DNA of 64,000 nt from an uncultured Nevskia sp. (GCA_964458725.1 CAYWPB010000001.1:10138-74137), one strand, 5' to 3'; counted from the stretch's first letter, positions 1 through 10,001 are shown. A program made the numbers and translations. The notes: generated by a model not told the origin, from the letters alone.

Positions 1-1
1 C

Positions 2-457
2 GGCGGCAACATCACGATCCAAACCGGTGACCACATCCCGCTGATTCCCCACCACACCGGGCGCCTGGTGCTGGACTACCCCGCGACGCGGAAATGGAAC
101 GTCGGCGCCAACCTAATCCTGTCTTCCGGCTCCTACCTGCGCGGCAACGAGAACAATGCCAACCAGGCCGGCGCCAGCAACGGCGCCGGGGAGACGATCC
201 AGGGTTCCGGCCGCGTCGGCGGCTATGCGGTCCTCAATCTCAACACGGACTATCGGGTGCTGCGCAATGTCGAGCTGTTCCTGCGCATCGTCAACGTCTT
301 CGATCGCGACTACGCCACTTCCGGTGTGCTGACCACGAACCCGTTCAATCGCGATGGCAGCTTCCGCCAGGATCCCGCCGACTGGACGCAGGAGAACGCC
401 GTGTCCCCGGCCCAGCCGCGTGCGGCCTGGGGCGGGGTGCGCATCAACTGGAATTGA
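2..457 (+). CDS. TonB-dependent outer-membrane receptor, C-terminal fragment (5' end outside window)
   Basis: Frame is open from position 2 (GGNITIQTGDHIPLIPHHTGRL...). GYAVLNL..Y and 'LFLRIVNVFDRDY' beta-strand motifs, and a terminal 'PRAAWGGVRINWN', are typical of TBDR C-termini. Confidence 0.85.
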   Translation, partial: GGNITIQTGDHIPLIPHHTGRLVLDYPATRKWNVGANLILSSGSYLRGNENNANQAGASNGAGETIQGSGRVGGYAVLNLNTDYRVLRNVELFLRIVNVFDRDYATSGVLTTNPFNRDGSFRQDPADWTQENAVSPAQPRAAWGGVRINWN

Positions 458-607
458 ACGGCCCGGGCGAGACGGTTGTGGCGTTTCCGTAACAGGCTCA
501 TTGACCCATTGTTGCCTTTGTGGCTACGGCGCTCCTGCGTCCTCAGATGTGGTCGCACAAGGCATTGTTAAAGAAAGGTTTTCCCGGCGGCAAAAGTCCT
601 GTTTTCC

Positions 608-622
608 TGGCATATCGCTTGC
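608..622 (+). promoter_or_regulatory. Putative sigma54 (-24/-12) promoter of the porin gene
   Basis: TGGCAT-ATCGC-TTGC matches TGGCAC-N5-TTGC with the invariant GG/GC spacing, ~90 nt upstream of the porin RBS (AAAGGAGGAG) and ATG at 715. Confidence 0.55.
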
Positions 623-714
623 CTTTTTGGCTGCGGGCGCGGGCACCACGCGTCGTGCGGACCCAAGGCCCGCGAAATCAGTAGCGATAACTAAACCCAG
701 GAAAGGAGGAGCCG

Positions 715-1992
715 ATGAACAAAACCCAAAGAACCTTGTATTCGCTCACACCGCTTGCCGCCGGGCTCTGTACCCTGTTTGCGGCGATGCCGGCACAGGC
801 GATCGATTTCACCACCGCGGACAACAAGTGGACGTTTTCGGTGGCCGGCAATGTCAATGTTCACTACATCTGGTCGAGTTGCGAAGGGGTGGACAACACC
901 AAACCGGTGACCGGCGGCCTGGCCTGTACCGGCACCAAGAGCGGCAGCAGCGTGTCCAACGTCGGCAACGGCCTGCTGCCGGCGGCGATCACCTTCGGCG
1001 TCGCCACGCAGCAGGAGGGCTTCGACATTGCGGCCCACTTCGGCTTCTATCCGGGCATCGCCACCAATGATGGCGGCAGCCCGAACCTGCAGAACAACGG
1101 TGGAAGCAATACCAACACCGCGCTGGGCACCACCGGCCTGGACGTGCGCCAGGTCTACATGACCTTCGGCAACAAGGACATGGGCACTTTCTTGCTGGGG
1201 CGCAACTTCGGCCTGTTCGGCTTCGACGCCATCATCAACGACATGACCATCCCAGGCGTGGGCGGCGCCGGCAGCATGTCTTCGGCCGCGCCCGCCAACA
1301 CCTCGCTCGGTTCGATCGGCCTGGGTTACATCTACGTCGACACCCTGGCGCAGATGGATTACACCACCCCGGATTACGCCGGCTTCACCGGCACCATCGG
1401 CATTTTTGATCCGCTCAACTCGGCGACCAACAGCGACACGCCGGCGCAGAAGAAGGCACCGGGCTTCCACGGCAAGCTCGCCTACACCCACCAGCTCGAC
1501 GCCGCCACCAAGGTCTACGCTTCCGCCGCCTTCATCGAGCAGAAGCAGGACTACATCAGCACCGCGACCGGCAACGCCTACGGCTACACCGGCTTCGGCG
1601 CGGACATCTTCGGCAAAATCGACTGGAACGATCTCGAAGGCTTCCTCTACTACTACCACGGCAGCGGCCTGGGCACGACCGGCCTGTTCGTGCTGTCGGA
1701 CGACGGCGCCGGACACAAGCGCCCCTCCGATGGCTACCTGGGGCAGGTCACCTACAAGATCAACAAGGTCAAGCTGGGCGTGAGCTATGGCGAAAGCCGG
1801 CTGCGCCTGGCCGATGGCGAGGTCAACCCGACGCTGGTCGAGTCCAACCGCAGGATCACCGGCGGCGTGTATTACTCGCTGACCAAGAACCTGACCCTGC
1901 TGAGCGAAGTCAGCGACGTGCGCTCCAAGGCCCATAGCGGCGACAGCAACAGCAGCGTCAACGTCAACGCCGGCGCGTTCCTCTCGTTCTGA
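715..1992 (+). CDS. Outer-membrane porin (Gram-negative porin family)
   Basis: Signal peptide (AMPAQA), Gly/Asn/aromatic-rich amphipathic strands, C-terminal Phe (GAFLSF), strong RBS. Confidence 0.8.
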   Translation: MNKTQRTLYSLTPLAAGLCTLFAAMPAQAIDFTTADNKWTFSVAGNVNVHYIWSSCEGVDNTKPVTGGLACTGTKSGSSVSNVGNGLLPAAITFGVATQQEGFDIAAHFGFYPGIATNDGGSPNLQNNGGSNTNTALGTTGLDVRQVYMTFGNKDMGTFLLGRNFGLFGFDAIINDMTIPGVGGAGSMSSAAPANTSLGSIGLGYIYVDTLAQMDYTTPDYAGFTGTIGIFDPLNSATNSDTPAQKKAPGFHGKLAYTHQLDAATKVYASAAFIEQKQDYISTATGNAYGYTGFGADIFGKIDWNDLEGFLYYYHGSGLGTTGLFVLSDDGAGHKRPSDGYLGQVTYKINKVKLGVSYGESRLRLADGEVNPTLVESNRRITGGVYYSLTKNLTLLSEVSDVRSKAHSGDSNSSVNVNAGAFLSF

Positions 1993-2045
1993 GGCAGCTC
2001 CCCGCGGTCTGGTACTCCCGGCGGGCCGCGGGGATTCTTGGACTT

Positions 2046-2072
2046 GCCGGCGCTTCGGCGCCGGCGTTTTTT
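2046..2072 (+). terminator. Rho-independent terminator of the porin gene
   Basis: GCCGGCGC-TTCG-GCGCCGGC perfect stem with cUUCGg loop followed by GTTTTTT; abuts the convergent RND stop codon. Confidence 0.85.
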
Positions 2073-5000
2073 ATGGGAAGGGGCGCAGCCAGCGCACCGC
2101 CAGCGGCGGCACCAGCAGCAGGCTGACCAGGGTCGAGGAAACCAGGCCGCCGAGGATCACCACCGCCATCGGTCCCTCGATCTCGTGGCCGGGCTGGCGC
2201 AGCTGCAGCGCCACCGGCAGCAGGGCCAGGCCGGTGAGCAGGGCGGTGAGCAGCACCGGCGTCAGCCGCTCCTCCGCGCCGCGCAGTGCAGTGCCGAGGT
2301 TCCAGTCGCAGCCCTCGACGCGCATCAGGTGGTCGTAGTGCGAAACCAGCAGGATGGTGTTGCGCGCGGCCATGCCGAACAGCGCGACGAAGCCGACCAT
2401 GGCGCCGAGCGAGAGGGTGCCGCCGGTCAGCGCCACCGCGGCGACGCCGCCGATCAGGGTGCTGGGCAGAGCCGCCAGCACCAACAGCACCTGGCGCGCC
2501 TGGCCGAAAGCCAGCGCCAGCAGCAACACGATCAGCAACAGCGCCGCGGCGGAATGCAGGATCAGCTCACGCGCGGCGGCGGCCTGGGCTTCGGCGCCGC
2601 CGCCATAGCGCAGGTAGACGCCGGGCGGCAGCCGCACCTGCGCCGCGATGGCCTTGCGTGCCGCCTCGGCATAGCCTTTGAGATCCGCGGTGCGCGGAGT
2701 GGCGACGACGATCTGGCGGCGCAGACCGTCTTCGTGGTCGATCAGACTGCGCGCCGAGACCATCTGCAGTTCCGCGACCCTGGCCAGCGGCACCAGTGCG
2801 CCGTCGCGTCCGCGCAGCAGCAGCGCTCCGGCTTCCTGCGGCGAGCGGCCGGCGCCGTCGATGCGTACCGCCACCGGCACCCCGCGGTCGGCCTGGCTCA
2901 GCTCGGCTACGACGGTGCCGTGGAATGCCGCGTTGACGGTCTGCAGGACGTCGGCCGCCTGCAGGCCGTACAGGTCGAGCTGCTCCGGCCGCAGCTCCAG
3001 CTTCAGCTCGGCCTGGCGCGGCGGCACCTTGAGCCGTACCGCGCCGCTGTCAGGCAGCCCCTGCAGCACCCGGGCGATCTGCGCGGCGGTCTCGTCGTCG
3101 GCGTCGAGGTCGGTGCCGAACACGCTGACAAAGAACGGCGCCGACTCGCCCGACAGGGTTTCGCCGATGCGTTCCACCAGCACCGAATAGATTTCCACCA
3201 GCTGGTTGGGGAAATCGTCGAAGACCTGGCGGATGCTCGCTTCGATCTGGCTGGAGCTGTAGCCCCGCTTGCGGTCGATCTGCACTTCGAATTCGCTCTT
3301 GTTCGGCGCGTCCGGGTCCTGGCCGTTTTCGGAGCGGCCGATCTGCTCAGCGACGCTGCGCACGCCGGGAATGGCGGCGAGGCGGCCGGCGATCAGCGAG
3401 CCGACGCGCGCGGTCTCCTGCAGCGAGATGCCGGGCCGCAGCGCGGCGTGGGCGATCAGGTAGTCCTCGCGGAAGTCCGGCAGCAGGCGCGCGCCGAGCA
3501 GGGGCAGCAGCGCCAGGCCGGCCAGGCCGCTGAGCAGAAGCAGCGTCAGCACCGCGCGCGGATGGCCTTGCAGGCGTCCGATCGTGTGCCGCTGCCAGCG
3601 CTTGCAAGATTGCAGGAACGGCGCCTCCTGGCGCGGTGCGTGGCGGCTCATCAGCAAGGCGCACAGCGCCGGCGTCGCGCTCATCGCCACCAGCAGGGAA
3701 ATGCCCACCGCCAGCAGGAAGGCGATCGACAGCGGCCGGAAGAACGAGCCCTGCAGTCCCGACAGCATCAGGATCGGCAGGAACGCCACCGCGACCGCGG
3801 CGGTGGCGTAGAAAACCGGTTGGCGCACCTCCAGCGAGGCCTCGGTGAACAGCCGGCGGACGTCGATGCCTGCGGCGGCGGTGCGGCGGCGGCGCGCGAT
3901 GTTCTCGACGTCGATCACCGCGTCGTCCACCACCACGCCCAGCGCCACCACCAGGCCGCCCAGGCTCATGGTGTTGAGCGAGATACCGCAGCTGGTGAGG
4001 ATCCACACTGTGGCCAGCAGTGACAGCGGGATTGCGCTGAACGAGACCAGGGCGCCGCGCCAGTCGCGCAGCGCCAGCAGCAACAGGCCGACCACCAGCA
4101 CTGCGCCGACCAGCAGGGAATTGCGCAGCTTGGCGATAGCGCTTTCGATGAAGCTGGCCGGCCGCAGCAGGGCGGGGTGATACTGCACGCCGTGCACGGC
4201 CAGCGACGGGGCCAGCGCATCGAGGCGCCGCTCCAATGCACGCGTCACCTCGAGGGTGTTGGCGCCGTATTGCGTGGAGGTTTCGACCAGGATTCCGGGC
4301 TTGCCGCCGATCATGGCATCGCCGAAACGCGGCTCGGCCCCGTCGCGGATGCCGGCGATGTCGCCCAGGCGCAGCGGCACCCCGCCGCGCGTGGTCACCA
4401 GCGCCTGGGCCAGCTGCTCCGGCGTGGCGCCTGCAGGCTGGGCCTGCAGCACGATGCGCTGGCTGCCGGTCTCCAGGTAGCCGCCGCCGATCAGCGCGGT
4501 GCCGCGGCGCACCGCCTCGTAGACCTCGTCCAGGCCGACTCCGGCGGCGGCGAGTTTGAACGGATCGACCAGCACCTGGCGCTCGCGTGCATCGCCGCCG
4601 AAGATCTGCGCCTGCGCCACGCCCGGCACAGCGAGGATTTGCGGTTTCACCGTCCAGCGCACCAGGTCGCGCAGCTCGGTCGGGCTGAGTCGGTCGCTGG
4701 TGAAGCCGAAGTGCACCAGGTATTCCATCGAGGAGCTGAGCGGCGACAGCAGTGGCGGACCTGCGCCCGGCGGCAGCAGGCCGCTCGCTTCGCCCAGGCG
4801 CTCGCTCACCACCTGGCGCTGGCGATAGGGGTCGACGCTGCGGCTGAACACCAGCTGGATCGCCGACAGTCCCTGGCTGGAGCTGGAACGCACCGACTCG
4901 ACATTGGCGGTGCCGGCCAGAAGACCCTCCAGCGGTCGCGTCACCAGGGCTTCGACCTGGGCGGCGTCGAGGCCCGGCGCCTCCGCCTGCACCAGTACAT

Positions 5001-5136
5001 GCGGCGGAGCGAAATCCGGAAACACGTCGAACTGGGCGTTGAACAGCGCGCCGGCGCCAAGCAGTGCGGCGAGCAGGGATAGCGCGGTGACGATGCGCGG
5101 GTGCGCCAGCGAGGCGCGGACGATGGCGGCGAGCAC
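2071..5136 (-). CDS. RND efflux permease, CusA/CzcA (HME) family
   Basis: 1021 aa; DVFPDF..P.V.VQ.EAPG N-terminus, TM4 GVVVDDAVIDVEN, ERLTPVLLTAL and PMAVVILGGL..ST motifs. Confidence 0.92.
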   Translation of the reverse strand: MLAAIVRASLAHPRIVTALSLLAALLGAGALFNAQFDVFPDFAPPHVLVQAEAPGLDAAQVEALVTRPLEGLLAGTANVESVRSSSSQGLSAIQLVFSRSVDPYRQRQVVSERLGEASGLLPPGAGPPLLSPLSSSMEYLVHFGFTSDRLSPTELRDLVRWTVKPQILAVPGVAQAQIFGGDARERQVLVDPFKLAAAGVGLDEVYEAVRRGTALIGGGYLETGSQRIVLQAQPAGATPEQLAQALVTTRGGVPLRLGDIAGIRDGAEPRFGDAMIGGKPGILVETSTQYGANTLEVTRALERRLDALAPSLAVHGVQYHPALLRPASFIESAIAKLRNSLLVGAVLVVGLLLLALRDWRGALVSFSAIPLSLLATVWILTSCGISLNTMSLGGLVVALGVVVDDAVIDVENIARRRRTAAAGIDVRRLFTEASLEVRQPVFYATAAVAVAFLPILMLSGLQGSFFRPLSIAFLLAVGISLLVAMSATPALCALLMSRHAPRQEAPFLQSCKRWQRHTIGRLQGHPRAVLTLLLLSGLAGLALLPLLGARLLPDFREDYLIAHAALRPGISLQETARVGSLIAGRLAAIPGVRSVAEQIGRSENGQDPDAPNKSEFEVQIDRKRGYSSSQIEASIRQVFDDFPNQLVEIYSVLVERIGETLSGESAPFFVSVFGTDLDADDETAAQIARVLQGLPDSGAVRLKVPPRQAELKLELRPEQLDLYGLQAADVLQTVNAAFHGTVVAELSQADRGVPVAVRIDGAGRSPQEAGALLLRGRDGALVPLARVAELQMVSARSLIDHEDGLRRQIVVATPRTADLKGYAEAARKAIAAQVRLPPGVYLRYGGGAEAQAAAARELILHSAAALLLIVLLLALAFGQARQVLLVLAALPSTLIGGVAAVALTGGTLSLGAMVGFVALFGMAARNTILLVSHYDHLMRVEGCDWNLGTALRGAEERLTPVLLTALLTGLALLPVALQLRQPGHEIEGPMAVVILGGLVSSTLVSLLLVPPLAVRWLRPFP

Positions 5137-6105
5137 CTAGTCGTGATCCTCTTCCGCCGCAGTGAAACCGCCCAGCCCTTGCAGGGACCACAGCACGCCG
5201 GCGCCATGGACGACTATGCGGTCGTCCGCGTCGAGGCCGCTCACCAGCCAGCCGTCGCCCAGCGGCTGCAGCAGCTCGACCCGCGCCACCTCGTACTGTT
5301 GCGCGCCGCCGTTGGCGGCGCCCCCGCGCTGACGGTAGACAAAGGCTCCTTGTTCGCCATAAAGCAGGGCCTCGCGCGGGATCAGCAGGCCGGCACCGGC
5401 GTCGCCCTGCAGCTTCACCGGCAGGCGCGCGCCCGGGCCGAGGCCGGCCGGCACCCGATCGAGCTGCAGCAGCAGCCCGGTGCCCTGCAGGTCCGCCATG
5501 CGCGGCAGGCTGCCGAGGACGCGCGCCGGCATTTTCACGCCGTCGACTTCCACGAACGCCGCCGTGGGCAGCTTGCCGAGGCTGGCCTGGCCCGGCAGAT
5601 CGGCGCGCAGCAACAGTCCCTTGCCGGCGGCGAGCTTTTCCGCGAGACGGAGCCGCTGGCCCGATGGCAGCTGAGCCAGCGGCCCCCATTGCTGCGCGAA
5701 CAGCGCCGCGCCGGAGCGGGCCTGCGACTGCGCTTCGATCTGCGCCGCGCGGGCCGATTGCACGGCGCGCAGCGAGGCATTGTTGTCGTTGCGGTACAAA
5801 CCATCGAGGCGATGGGCTTCGAGCTTGGCGGCCTCCGCCGCGGCGCGGCTGCTGTCGAGCTGGCCCAGAGCCGCGACCAGCGCCGCGTTGTCGAGCACCT
5901 GGCCGTAGGCCGGAAACTCCCCCGGCGCTGCGGTGCGCAGCGGTTGGGCCAGGCGGATGCCCACCGCCTGCTGTTGCGCCGCGCTGAGATTCGGTGTGGA
6001 AGCCGCGGACGCAGGCGGCGGCGCGTCGTCGTCATCGTCCGCCGCAGCCGGCGGCGACATTAGCCCGAGCAGCCATAGGCATAGAAGCAGCGGAACGCGC
6101 TTCAT
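5137..6105 (-). CDS. Periplasmic adaptor (membrane-fusion) subunit of the RND system
   Basis: Signal peptide, alpha-hairpin (AAAEAAKLEAHRLDGLY), 'LLIPREAL', 'VSGLDADDRIVVHGA'; lies between the OMF and RND genes with overlapping/abutting ends. Confidence 0.8.
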   Translation of the reverse strand: MKRVPLLLCLWLLGLMSPPAAADDDDDAPPPASAASTPNLSAAQQQAVGIRLAQPLRTAAPGEFPAYGQVLDNAALVAALGQLDSSRAAAEAAKLEAHRLDGLYRNDNNASLRAVQSARAAQIEAQSQARSGAALFAQQWGPLAQLPSGQRLRLAEKLAAGKGLLLRADLPGQASLGKLPTAAFVEVDGVKMPARVLGSLPRMADLQGTGLLLQLDRVPAGLGPGARLPVKLQGDAGAGLLIPREALLYGEQGAFVYRQRGGAANGGAQQYEVARVELLQPLGDGWLVSGLDADDRIVVHGAGVLWSLQGLGGFTAAEEDHD

Positions 6106-7511
6106 GCCGAACGCTCCACCCGCCAGGCCGAGGCCAGTTCGCGCTCCGGCCCGTCCAGCGGACGGCGGTAGGCATCCTCCAGCGCGCCGAAAGCAAGCTG
6201 CACTTCGCAGGCTGCCTGGAGCCGCAGCAGTTGCGCCTCCAGTACGGTGGCCTCGGCCCGCAGCAGGGCGGGGCGGTCGGAGGCGCCGGAGGCGAGGGCG
6301 CGACGCTCCGCCTCCTGCTGCCGCGTTGCCAGCTGCTCCGCGGCAACGGCGGAACGCCAGTTCGACAGCGCGGCGGGCCAGGCCTGCTCGGCGCGATCGA
6401 TCTGCGCCAGCAGCTGCGCCTGCACCGCCACCACGTGCCGGCCGGCACGCTCGCGCTGCGCCAGCGCTTCGCCGATCGGGCCTTCGTTGCGATTGAACAG
6501 CGGCAGCTCCAGGCTGAGGCCAAGCTGGTTCTCGCCTAGGTTCTCGTCGAACTGGTTCTCGTGCACGCCGCCGCGGTCCCAGGCATAGCCGGGGCTGACG
6601 TGCAGCTGCGGCCAGCGCCGCCCCAGTTCCTGTTGCACGGCGTTTTCCGCAAGATCGTATTCGCGCAGGGCCCGCACCAGCTCCGGTCTGGCGACCAGCG
6701 CATCCTGGCGCCAGCGCATGGCATCCTGCGCCTGGAGCGTGCCCGCCTGGTCCCAGCCGTCCCAGCGCGGCTGTACATCTTGCAGCGCGGCGCTGGGGAC
6801 GCCTACTGCATCCGCCAGCCCCGATCTGGCGTCGAGGCCGCGCGTCTGCGCCTGGTACAGCCGCTGCCGCGCCGATTGCAGCTCCAACTCAGCGGCCAGC
6901 GCTTCGCCGCTTGCACTTTCGCCGGCTTGTACGCGCAGGCGCGCCGAGGCCAGCAAGGCCTGGCGGTCGTCGCACAGCGCCTGCAACAACGGCGCTTCCT
7001 CGTGGGCGACGACAGTATCGAGCAGGGACTGACGCAGCGAGCTGCGCAGCCGCCAGATTGCTTCCGCCACGTCGGCCTGCGCCGCCTGGGTCCGCAGGGC
7101 GGCGGCGCGGCGGGCGCGCGAGCGCTCGCCCGGCCGCTGCAGCAGGAAATCCAGGGACAAGCCGTAGAGCCAGGCGGCGCTCTCGCCCGCGGTGGTGACG
7201 TACTCGCCGAACAGGTTGAGCGTGGGATTGGGCAGCTGTGCGGCGGTGCGCTCGCCGGCAGCGACAGCCTCAGCCTCGGCGCGCACTTCCTGCAGGTGCG
7301 GATTGAGCTGCAAGGCCGCACGCAGCCATTGCGCGCGATTCCAGTCGGCGGCCACCGGCGCCTCGGGCAATACACTGTCGAGCCGCCGGGCGCCAAACTG
7401 GCGGGCGGTCTCGACCGGATCGGGCGGGGGCTGCGTCGGCACGGAGCTGCAGGCGGCAAGCAGCAGGGGAATCAACGCTGCCAGGACTCGCGCCAGAGGG
7501 CTCGGCTTCAT
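6102..7511 (-). CDS. Outer-membrane efflux factor (TolC/CzcC family lipoprotein)
   Basis: Lipobox LLAAC, 'PNPTL' and 'LSLELPLFNRNEGPI' motifs, coiled coils; 4-nt overlap with the adaptor gene. Confidence 0.88.
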   Translation of the reverse strand: MKPSPLARVLAALIPLLLAACSSVPTQPPPDPVETARQFGARRLDSVLPEAPVAADWNRAQWLRAALQLNPHLQEVRAEAEAVAAGERTAAQLPNPTLNLFGEYVTTAGESAAWLYGLSLDFLLQRPGERSRARRAAALRTQAAQADVAEAIWRLRSSLRQSLLDTVVAHEEAPLLQALCDDRQALLASARLRVQAGESASGEALAAELELQSARQRLYQAQTRGLDARSGLADAVGVPSAALQDVQPRWDGWDQAGTLQAQDAMRWRQDALVARPELVRALREYDLAENAVQQELGRRWPQLHVSPGYAWDRGGVHENQFDENLGENQLGLSLELPLFNRNEGPIGEALAQRERAGRHVVAVQAQLLAQIDRAEQAWPAALSNWRSAVAAEQLATRQQEAERRALASGASDRPALLRAEATVLEAQLLRLQAACEVQLAFGALEDAYRRPLDGPERELASAWRVERSA

Positions 7512-8133
7512 GGTGAACCGGCTCAGCCGCGCAGCGTTGGACTTGCCTCTTGGATACGACGCCCGATTGGCTGCATGGTCTCCTCCTTGCCAGTGTTCGT
7601 GCGTGTTCCGCCGCGTCCCGTCACGGGTGTGTCAGCGGTGTTTTCCACGGGACAGCAGCAAGCCCTGTACCATGCTGGCATCCTGGCTCTAGTGTCACCA
7701 ACTTCTTCCATGTTGCCTGCAACAGCCTTGATTGCATTGAGCGCACGCCCCTGCTCCAGGCGCTGGAGCTGTGTCACGGGCGACACAGTGCAGCCCGGTG
7801 TATCCACCGTCATGGGGAATCCATCGGATCGCGACGGCGCCGCCGTAGTGAGTGGACGGCGGTCGCAGGAGCGGCTGCGGTCGGCGCCGCTCGATCAGGG
7901 GCGGACGAACATCGTGGCAACACCGCAATCAGATGGAGGGGTGGATGCGATGCTTGCGCGAGCTATAGCAGAGCGAGCCGATTTACAACACGCAAACGGT
8001 GCTGGACCAGCCACCCCTGTCGCGGGAAAAGTATCCCTTGTGTCGTATCCGAGTGTCAGAATTGCCCCAATTGCGAGCCCGGAAACCCTATGCTACAGAT
8101 GGGCTCCCGATACACAGCCAAGAGGAGGAGAGC

Positions 8134-8214
8134 ATGAACTGGAAAACACCGAAGATCGTCGAGATTGCGCTGGGCGCGGAGATCAACTGCTACGCCTGCG
8201 CCGATCTGAAGTAA
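8134..8214 (+). CDS. pqqA: PQQ precursor peptide PqqA (26 aa, MNWKTPKIVEIALGAEINCYACADLK)
   Basis: W.(T/K)P leader and E-x-x-x-Y core (EINCY), RBS AGAGGAGGAG, directly upstream of pqqBCDE. Confidence 0.95.
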   Translation: MNWKTPKIVEIALGAEINCYACADLK

Positions 8215-8228
8215 ACGATCGCCGGTCG

Positions 8229-8285
8229 AAACCCGCCGTGCAGGCCCCATTGATTCCGGGCATGTTCACGGCGGGTTTTTATTTT
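8229..8285 (+). terminator. Stem-loop/terminator between pqqA and pqqB
   Basis: AAACCCGCCGTG (8229-8240) pairs with CACGGCGGGTTT (8267-8278), followed by TTATTTT. Confidence 0.7.
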
Positions 8286-8305
8286 GCCCCTATCGGCACG
8301 GGCTG

Positions 8306-9226
8306 GTGAAGGCGCTGGTGCTGGGCGCCGCTGCCGGCGGCGGCTTTCCGCAATGGAATTCCCACGGGCCGGCCTGCCGTCGCGCCCGTGCCGGCGATGT
8401 CGCCGCCCGAGCGCGGACTCAGGCCTCGCTGGCGGTGAGTGCAGACGGCGAGCATTGGTTTCTGCTCAATGCCTCCCCCGACCTGCGCCAGCAGATCGAG
8501 GCGAATCCGCCGCTGCATCCACGCCGGGGCCTGCGCTCCTCGCCGATCGACGGCGTGGTGCTGAACGGTAGCGACGTCGACGCCATCGCCGGCTTACTGA
8601 GCCTGCGCGAGCGTCAGCCGCTGACGGTCTACGCGACCGCCAAGGTGCAGGGCGTGCTCGAGGCCAATCCGATCTTCAATGTGCTCGCCGCCGACGTGGT
8701 GCGGCGCGAGAGCGTGCCGTTGGACCAGCCGCTGCCGCTGCGCACCGCCGCTGGCGCGCCGAGCGGGCTGACACTGAGCCTGTTCGCCGTGCCGGGCAAG
8801 GTACCGCTGTACCTAGAGACTGGTGGAGGAGCGCCGCCGATCGTGCTCGGCGAGGACACCGTGGGCATGCGCATCGACGACGGCGCCTCTGATCTTTATT
8901 TCATCCCGGGTTGCGCGGCGATGACCGAATCGCTGGCACAGCGCTTGCGCGGTGGAGGCCTGGTGTTGTTCGATGGCACTTTGTGGCGCGACGACGAGAT
9001 GGTCGCCGCCGGCCTCGGCAGCAAGACCGGGAGGAGAATGGGTCACATGAGCATGAGCGGCAGCGAGGGCAGCATCGCGGCATTCGCGGCGCTGGGCGTG
9101 CGGCGCAAGGTGTTCGTGCACATCAACAATTCCAACCCGGCGCTGCTTGACGACTCGCCCGAGCGAGCCGAACTCGAGCGCGCCGGCTGGGAAGTGGCCT
9201 GGGACGGCATGGAGCTGCTGTCTTGA
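8306..9226 (+). CDS. pqqB: PQQ biosynthesis protein PqqB
   Basis: LGAAAGGGFPQWN, RTQASLAVS, LNASPDLRQQI, MGH and HINNSNP motifs. Confidence 0.95.
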   Translation: MKALVLGAAAGGGFPQWNSHGPACRRARAGDVAARARTQASLAVSADGEHWFLLNASPDLRQQIEANPPLHPRRGLRSSPIDGVVLNGSDVDAIAGLLSLRERQPLTVYATAKVQGVLEANPIFNVLAADVVRRESVPLDQPLPLRTAAGAPSGLTLSLFAVPGKVPLYLETGGGAPPIVLGEDTVGMRIDDGASDLYFIPGCAAMTESLAQRLRGGGLVLFDGTLWRDDEMVAAGLGSKTGRRMGHMSMSGSEGSIAAFAALGVRRKVFVHINNSNPALLDDSPERAELERAGWEVAWDGMELLS

Positions 9227-9996
9227 GCCCTGATTCTTCCACTCCGTTGCAGCAGCAGCTGACGGCGGAAGGCCTGGAAGCGGCGCTGCGCCAGATCGGC
9301 GCGACGCGCTACCACATCCTGCATCCGTTCCATCGCCTGCTGCACGGCGGCCAGCTGCGCCGCGGTCAGGTACAGGCCTGGGCGCTGAACCGCTACTACT
9401 ACCAGAGCCGCATCCCGGCCAAGGACGCCAGCCTGCTGGCGCGCCTGCCCACTGCGGAGCTGCGCCGCGCCTGGCGCAGCCGCCTGGAGGACCACGACGG
9501 CACCGCTCCCGGCAGCGGCGGCGTGGCGCGCTGGCTGAAGCTGGCGGAAGGCGTGGGCCTGGATCGCGATTACGTCGAGTCCACCGCCGGGCTGCTGCCC
9601 GGCACCCGCTTCGCCGTCGACGCCTACGTCGCCTTCGTGCGCGAGCGCAGCGTGCTGGAGGCGGTCGCTTCCTCGCTGACCGAGCTGTTCTCGCCAACCA
9701 TCATCTCCGAGCGCGTCTCCGGCATGCTGAAGAACTACGACTTCATCACGTCCGCTACGCTGGCCTATTTCACGCCGCGCCTGACCCAGGCGCCGCGCGA
9801 CAGTGATTTCGCCCTGGCCTACGTCAAGGAGCACGCGCGCAGCGTCGAGCAGCAGCAGGCGGTGCTGGACGCGCTGCGCTTCAAGTGCGAGGTGCTGTGG
9901 TCGCAGCTCGATGCGTTGCACTATGCCTACGTCGCCCCGGGCAACATCCCACCCGATGCCTTCGTGCCCGCCGATCACGAGGGGCAGGGCGGTTGA
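9223..9996 (+). CDS. pqqC: PQQ synthase PqqC
   Basis: RYH..HPFH, WALNRYYYQ..IP.KDA, DHDG, SLTELFSP, FKC.VLWSQLDAL motifs. Confidence 0.95.
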   Translation: MSPDSSTPLQQQLTAEGLEAALRQIGATRYHILHPFHRLLHGGQLRRGQVQAWALNRYYYQSRIPAKDASLLARLPTAELRRAWRSRLEDHDGTAPGSGGVARWLKLAEGVGLDRDYVESTAGLLPGTRFAVDAYVAFVRERSVLEAVASSLTELFSPTIISERVSGMLKNYDFITSATLAYFTPRLTQAPRDSDFALAYVKEHARSVEQQQAVLDALRFKCEVLWSQLDALHYAYVAPGNIPPDAFVPADHEGQGG

Positions 9997-10001
9997 GCGC
10001 C

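Noticed and set aside
7999-8214. 71-aa version of the pqqA ORF
   Set aside because: The strong RBS and typical PqqA length support ATG 8134
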